In this document: in pieces, positions 60,413-64,000 of the stretch
Position numbering within the stretch: the stretch's first letter is position 1
Layout of the letters: each line of letters begins with the position of its first letter
Assembly (NCBI GenBank): GCA_024274705.1
Contig: JAJSAL010000041.1
Coordinates: forward strand, 1,684 to 65,683
Direction: 5' to 3'
DNA: 64,000 nucleotides
Source of the DNA: Spirochaetota bacterium
GTDB taxonomy: Bacteria; Spirochaetota; Spirochaetia; SPDA01; JAJSAL01
Made by a program: the position numbers and the translations under genes
Notes under the pieces: generated by a model
What the model was told of the DNA's origin: nothing
The model's input: the letters and a program-made list of their open reading frames with translations, nothing else
The model's database searches: none

Positions 60413-61136
60413 TCATACAGCCACGGGAAACGAGATGGCAGGATGAGGATTATAGCCCTTGAGTCGAATGTCTTCAAAGGTAAGGCGGTCCAGGGGTTTA
60501 TCCGCAATGATTACTTCCGGGAGCGGCGGGGGATCTCTCTTCAGCTGCCTGGTAAGACCTTCAATATGATTTTCATAAATATGGGCATCCAACCAGTGTA
60601 TGGGCAAATTCTCCCGGGACAAACCCGGTTTCCCTGGCGATCAGCATGGTCAGCAGGGAATAGCAGGCAATGACTATAAGCCGCCTGAGTCCGGATCCTT
60701 CCGGATTCCGACGAATTTCCTTGAGTGAATCGATGATGTACCGGATCTGGTCGAAAACGAAGGTGCCTGTTTCCTCATCCTTTCGTACCCACCGGGTCGC
60801 CCATCGCTCCCCGTCGAGTCCGGCCTCCGGGACAGGATACCGGCGCCAGAACCGTCCGTAAGCTGTTTCCAGGTTTCCCTTTTCATCAGCCCATGCGTCC
60901 CAGATACGGGTATGAGCTTTCAGTTTCCGGATATGATGTTCACCCGAGAGGTACCAGAAGAGTTCGTGGAGCATGGAATCGAAGTGCATTTTTTTTGTCG
61001 TAATCAGGGGGTAGCACCGGGAAATGTCTATCCTGTAAAAATAGGCGAAACAACTCAAGGTCGCTACGCCTGTCCTGTTCTCTTTACGGCAGCCGTTATC
61101 GAGTACATACCTTACAAGATCCCGATATTCCTTCAT
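60413..61136 (-). pseudogene. thyA: Thymidylate synthase with catalytic core deleted and a +1 frameshift
   Basis: RTG, P..TTKK, ELFW, IWD.WAD, YG..WR and DQI motifs; RRLIV joined to IACYSLLT (PCH, QRS.D and PFN missing); DAHIY.NH in a different frame. Confidence 0.88.
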
Positions 61137-61249
61137 CACTCCCCTCCCGGAGAATATAATTGTTTTAATAATAAACAGGTATGTCACACGTACCAATAGA
61201 GGTAGGCGAAAAACCCATTATCGTCTTTTTTTTTGAATCCTCAACAGCA

Positions 61250-61366
61250 ATGACCGATGCCTGGTTTGCCGCACCGGCAATCGAGCACGGATGCACCTGG
61301 GTAACCAGAGACAGGGACTACACCAGGGTTGCCGGGCTGAAGGTGGAATTCCCGCTGATACCTTGA
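61250..61366 (+). pseudogene. C-terminal remnant of a VapC/PIN toxin
   Basis: DAWFAA.AIEHGCTWVTRDRDY.R..GLK; no N-terminal half. Confidence 0.65.
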
Positions 61367-61861
61367 TCAGGACTGATTGTTCGTTTTGCTGGGAATAGCA
61401 TAATTACCCACCTCTATCCATTTATTTTTAGCATCCAGGAAAATAAAGGAGTGGGTGTTTTTAATACCCGGTACCTTGGGCAGTTCTTCGAAGAGGAACC
61501 GGTTCAGTTCGCTTCGGGACTGGTGGAATACCTCTACAAACAGATCAAATTCACCCGCCGTGTTGCACACAGAGACCACGCCCTCCATTTTCGCAATCCT
61601 GTTCATGGTTTCCCTCTGAGTCCTGCTTTCCAGCTGCATACCGATAAGTGACAGCAGGCTGTTGTCGAAGTAAAACGGGTTTATAAGGGGCGATACCCGG
61701 AGAATCTCGTTTTCGATCAAACGGGTAACCCGGAACCTCACCGTCTGGTCGGACACATTCAGTTCATCCGCAATGGTTCTGAAGGAGACCCTGCCGTCGT
61801 GTTTAAGCGCTGAAATAATCTTCAAATCAAGATCATCAGGTGTATATTTCTTATTTCCCAT
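61367..61861 (-). CDS. Lrp/AsnC-family regulator
   Basis: DDLD.KII..L..DGR.SF..IA..L.VS..TV..RV.RL and GEFDL motifs. Confidence 0.92.
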   Translation of the reverse strand: MGNKKYTPDDLDLKIISALKHDGRVSFRTIADELNVSDQTVRFRVTRLIENEILRVSPLINPFYFDNSLLSLIGMQLESRTQRETMNRIAKMEGVVSVCNTAGEFDLFVEVFHQSRSELNRFLFEELPKVPGIKNTHSFIFLDAKNKWIEVGNYAIPSKTNNQS

Positions 61862-61989
61862 GAAGGTGTTGTCTCCTTGCAGTGCACTCAGGGCATTGTA
61901 CGGCGTATGCAGTGAACATGCAATATCTTATAATAACATAACAATGCGAATAATATAATAAAATAAATATATAAATACGAATAAATAAA

Positions 61990-62018
61990 TTGACAAACCA
62001 CGCAAAAAGATATAAAAT
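61990..62018 (+). promoter_or_regulatory. sigma70 promoter of serA-serC with AT-rich upstream region
   Basis: TTGACA-17-TAAAAT. Confidence 0.7.
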
Positions 62019-62048
62019 GGACAGTATAGTTCAGATATGGAGGTCTCC

Positions 62049-63263
62049 ATGGCGTTGAAGGTGTTAATTGCGGATAAGTTCCCTGAACAATCTTTGAACA
62101 TGATGAAAGAGCGGGGTTATACCATTATCTACGAGCAGGGACTCAAGGACGCGGATCTGGCTGAGATAATCGGGAAAGAGAAACCGGAAGTGCTGGTGGT
62201 ACGTTCTACGAAAGTGACAGGGGAGATGATCCGGTCCGAACCCAACTTAAGCCTCGTCATCCGCGCCGGAGCGGGATACAACACTATCGATGTGGATACT
62301 GCATCTGAGCTGAGCGTGTATGTTGCCAACTGCCCCGGAAAGAACGCGGTTGCTGTGGCGGAACTTACCATGGGTCTGCTCTTAAGTCTGGACCGCAGGA
62401 TCCCGGACAATGTAATGGATCTCAGGCAGGGAAAGTGGAACAAGCAGGAATACTCGAAAGCCGAAGGACTTTTTGGTAAGACCCTGGGAATTATCGGTAC
62501 CGGAACGATCGGAAAAGAGGTAATCACCAGGGCTAAAGTATTCGGGCTTAAAGTAATTGCCTGGAGCCGCTCTCTTACAGAAGAAAAAGCGGCGGCCCTG
62601 GGAGTAGTGTGCTGTAAAAGCCTGAATGATGTGGCCGCAGGTGCCGATATTGTGAGTGTTCATCTGGCCTTGACCGATGAAACGAGAAAGCTGATCGATG
62701 GAGATTTTTTCCGGCGCATGAAGGAGAGGGCTTTTTTCATCAATACCTCCCGGGCGGAAGTTGTGGATGAAGAAGCCCTCCTGGAAGCCGTGAAAGGAAG
62801 GCATATCCGGGCAGGCCTGGATGTTGTATGTGATGAACCTTCCGGAAAATCAGGTGATTTCACAGGGGACATAAAAGAATACAGGGATGTTTACTGTACC
62901 CATCACATAGGCGCATCGACGAACCAGGCACAGCAGGCGGTAGCAGATGAAGTATTAGAGATCCTGGATGTGTATGTTTCAACGGGAAAAGTGAAGAATT
63001 GTGTCAATCTTCTGAGCAAGACGCCTGCAAAATACGTTCTCTCCGTCCGGCACAGGAACCGTGTGGGTGTTCTCTCAGAGGTGCTTCGGATAGTACGGGA
63101 AGCAAATATCAACGTAGAGAGTATGGAAAACATCATCTTCAGCGGGGTACAAGGCGCTTGTGCCAATATCCAGGTAGATGATTCCCCGGGGGAAGAAGCA
63201 CTGAAGCGCATACAAAATGGGAATGAGGATATTCATTCTGTAAGCATCACCCCCATCGCGTAA
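62049..63263 (+). CDS. serA: D-3-phosphoglycerate dehydrogenase with ACT domain
   Basis: VRSTKV, RAGAG..TID, GIIGTGTIG, NTSR and HIGAST motifs; C-terminal H.N..GVL ACT; precedes serC. Confidence 0.85.
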   Translation: MALKVLIADKFPEQSLNMMKERGYTIIYEQGLKDADLAEIIGKEKPEVLVVRSTKVTGEMIRSEPNLSLVIRAGAGYNTIDVDTASELSVYVANCPGKNAVAVAELTMGLLLSLDRRIPDNVMDLRQGKWNKQEYSKAEGLFGKTLGIIGTGTIGKEVITRAKVFGLKVIAWSRSLTEEKAAALGVVCCKSLNDVAAGADIVSVHLALTDETRKLIDGDFFRRMKERAFFINTSRAEVVDEEALLEAVKGRHIRAGLDVVCDEPSGKSGDFTGDIKEYRDVYCTHHIGASTNQAQQAVADEVLEILDVYVSTGKVKNCVNLLSKTPAKYVLSVRHRNRVGVLSEVLRIVREANINVESMENIIFSGVQGACANIQVDDSPGEEALKRIQNGNEDIHSVSITPIA

Positions 63264-63273
63264 GGAGAACATC

Positions 63274-64000
63274 GTGAAAAGAAAATATAATTTTTATGCC
63301 GGGCCTTCAACACTGCCCCTCCCTGTGCTGGAGCAGCTGCAGGAAGAAATCGTGGATTATCATGGAGAAGGTCTCTCCATGATAGAAACATCTCACCGTA
63401 GTTCCATATACGATACGATACATAATGAAACAGAGGAAATGATGCGGGAACTGTTGGGTATCCCCGGGGATTTCCATGTTCTGTTTTTAGGCGGCGGTGC
63501 TACTCTTCAGTTTGCCATGGTCCCCATGAACCTGCTGGGTGGAGATACACCATGTGATTTCGTAGTAAGCGGGGCCTGGGCAAAAAAAGCATTGGACGAT
63601 GCTGAAAAAGTGGGCAAGGTCAATGTTATATTCGACGGGAAAGATTCATCCTACACAACGCTGCCGCAGGTAAGGGATGTCGAACCCGGTTCCGCATCTT
63701 CCTACGTGCACATCACCTCGAACGAGACCATCGGCGGAGTACAGTGGAAGGAGTTTCCGAAAACCGGCCGGGTTCCCCTGGTAGCTGACATGTCCAGTGA
63801 TATCCTGAGCAGACCGCTGCCTGTATCCGATTTCGGTATTATCTACGCAGGAGCCCAGAAGAACATGGGACCGGCAGGTGTTACCGTGGTCATTATCCGG
63901 AAAGATGTGGCGGATGCTTCTTCTGACGGTCTTCCCGCTTACTTAAGTTATAAGACCCACGCGGCGAAAAAATCACTCTACAATACGCCGCCGGTATTTT
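63274..64000 (+). CDS. serC: Phosphoserine aminotransferase, truncated by the window edge
   Basis: GTG start after AAGGAG; NFYAGPSTLP, SHRS, GGGATLQF, NETIGG, DMSSD and YAGAQKN motifs. Confidence 0.92.
   Translation, partial: MKRKYNFYAGPSTLPLPVLEQLQEEIVDYHGEGLSMIETSHRSSIYDTIHNETEEMMRELLGIPGDFHVLFLGGGATLQFAMVPMNLLGGDTPCDFVVSGAWAKKALDDAEKVGKVNVIFDGKDSSYTTLPQVRDVEPGSASSYVHITSNETIGGVQWKEFPKTGRVPLVADMSSDILSRPLPVSDFGIIYAGAQKNMGPAGVTVVIIRKDVADASSDGLPAYLSYKTHAAKKSLYNTPPVF

Overview
Bacterial chromosomal window, most likely from an anaerobic Spirochaetia member (inferred from 'LFAGGQKE/LFAGGKQE'-type signal peptides on the solute-binding proteins). About 1-46.5 kb is a dense catabolic island that appears aimed at nucleobases, nucleosides and related N-heterocycles. 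It has three modules. (A) 1-20 kb: two nucleoside-type ABC importers, a non-pyrrolysine MttB-family methyltransferase, two deaminase-type amidohydrolases, two iron-sulfur flavoproteins, two GntR/UTRA regulators and a MoaD-AOR-UbiD-FeADH-UbiX-LpdD operon. (B) 21-30 kb, minus strand: a GntR-controlled operon with FGGY kinase, class I aldolase, Zn-dehydrogenase, sugar ABC importer, creatininase-family protein and amidohydrolase. (C) 30.5-46.5 kb: an XRE-controlled variant of the ygeW/ygeY/ssnA/xdh anaerobic purine cluster with a decayed carbamate kinase, two PLP enzymes, DUF1015 and a second AOR flanked by two ubiquitin-like proteins. A RelE-type toxin-antitoxin pair sits between A and B. The rest is housekeeping/signalling DNA (ychF, pyk, gdhA, a PPDK_N-domain protein, a stand-alone MshEN-like protein, birA-bioY-ECF, Lrp, serA, partial serC). 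Several genes there or nearby carry large internal deletions (arcC, thyA, a hybrid kinase) and a vapC remnant is present. No rRNA, tRNA, CRISPR array or intact IS element was seen. Family calls rest on motif recognition by eye, not database searches, and all substrate assignments are inference.
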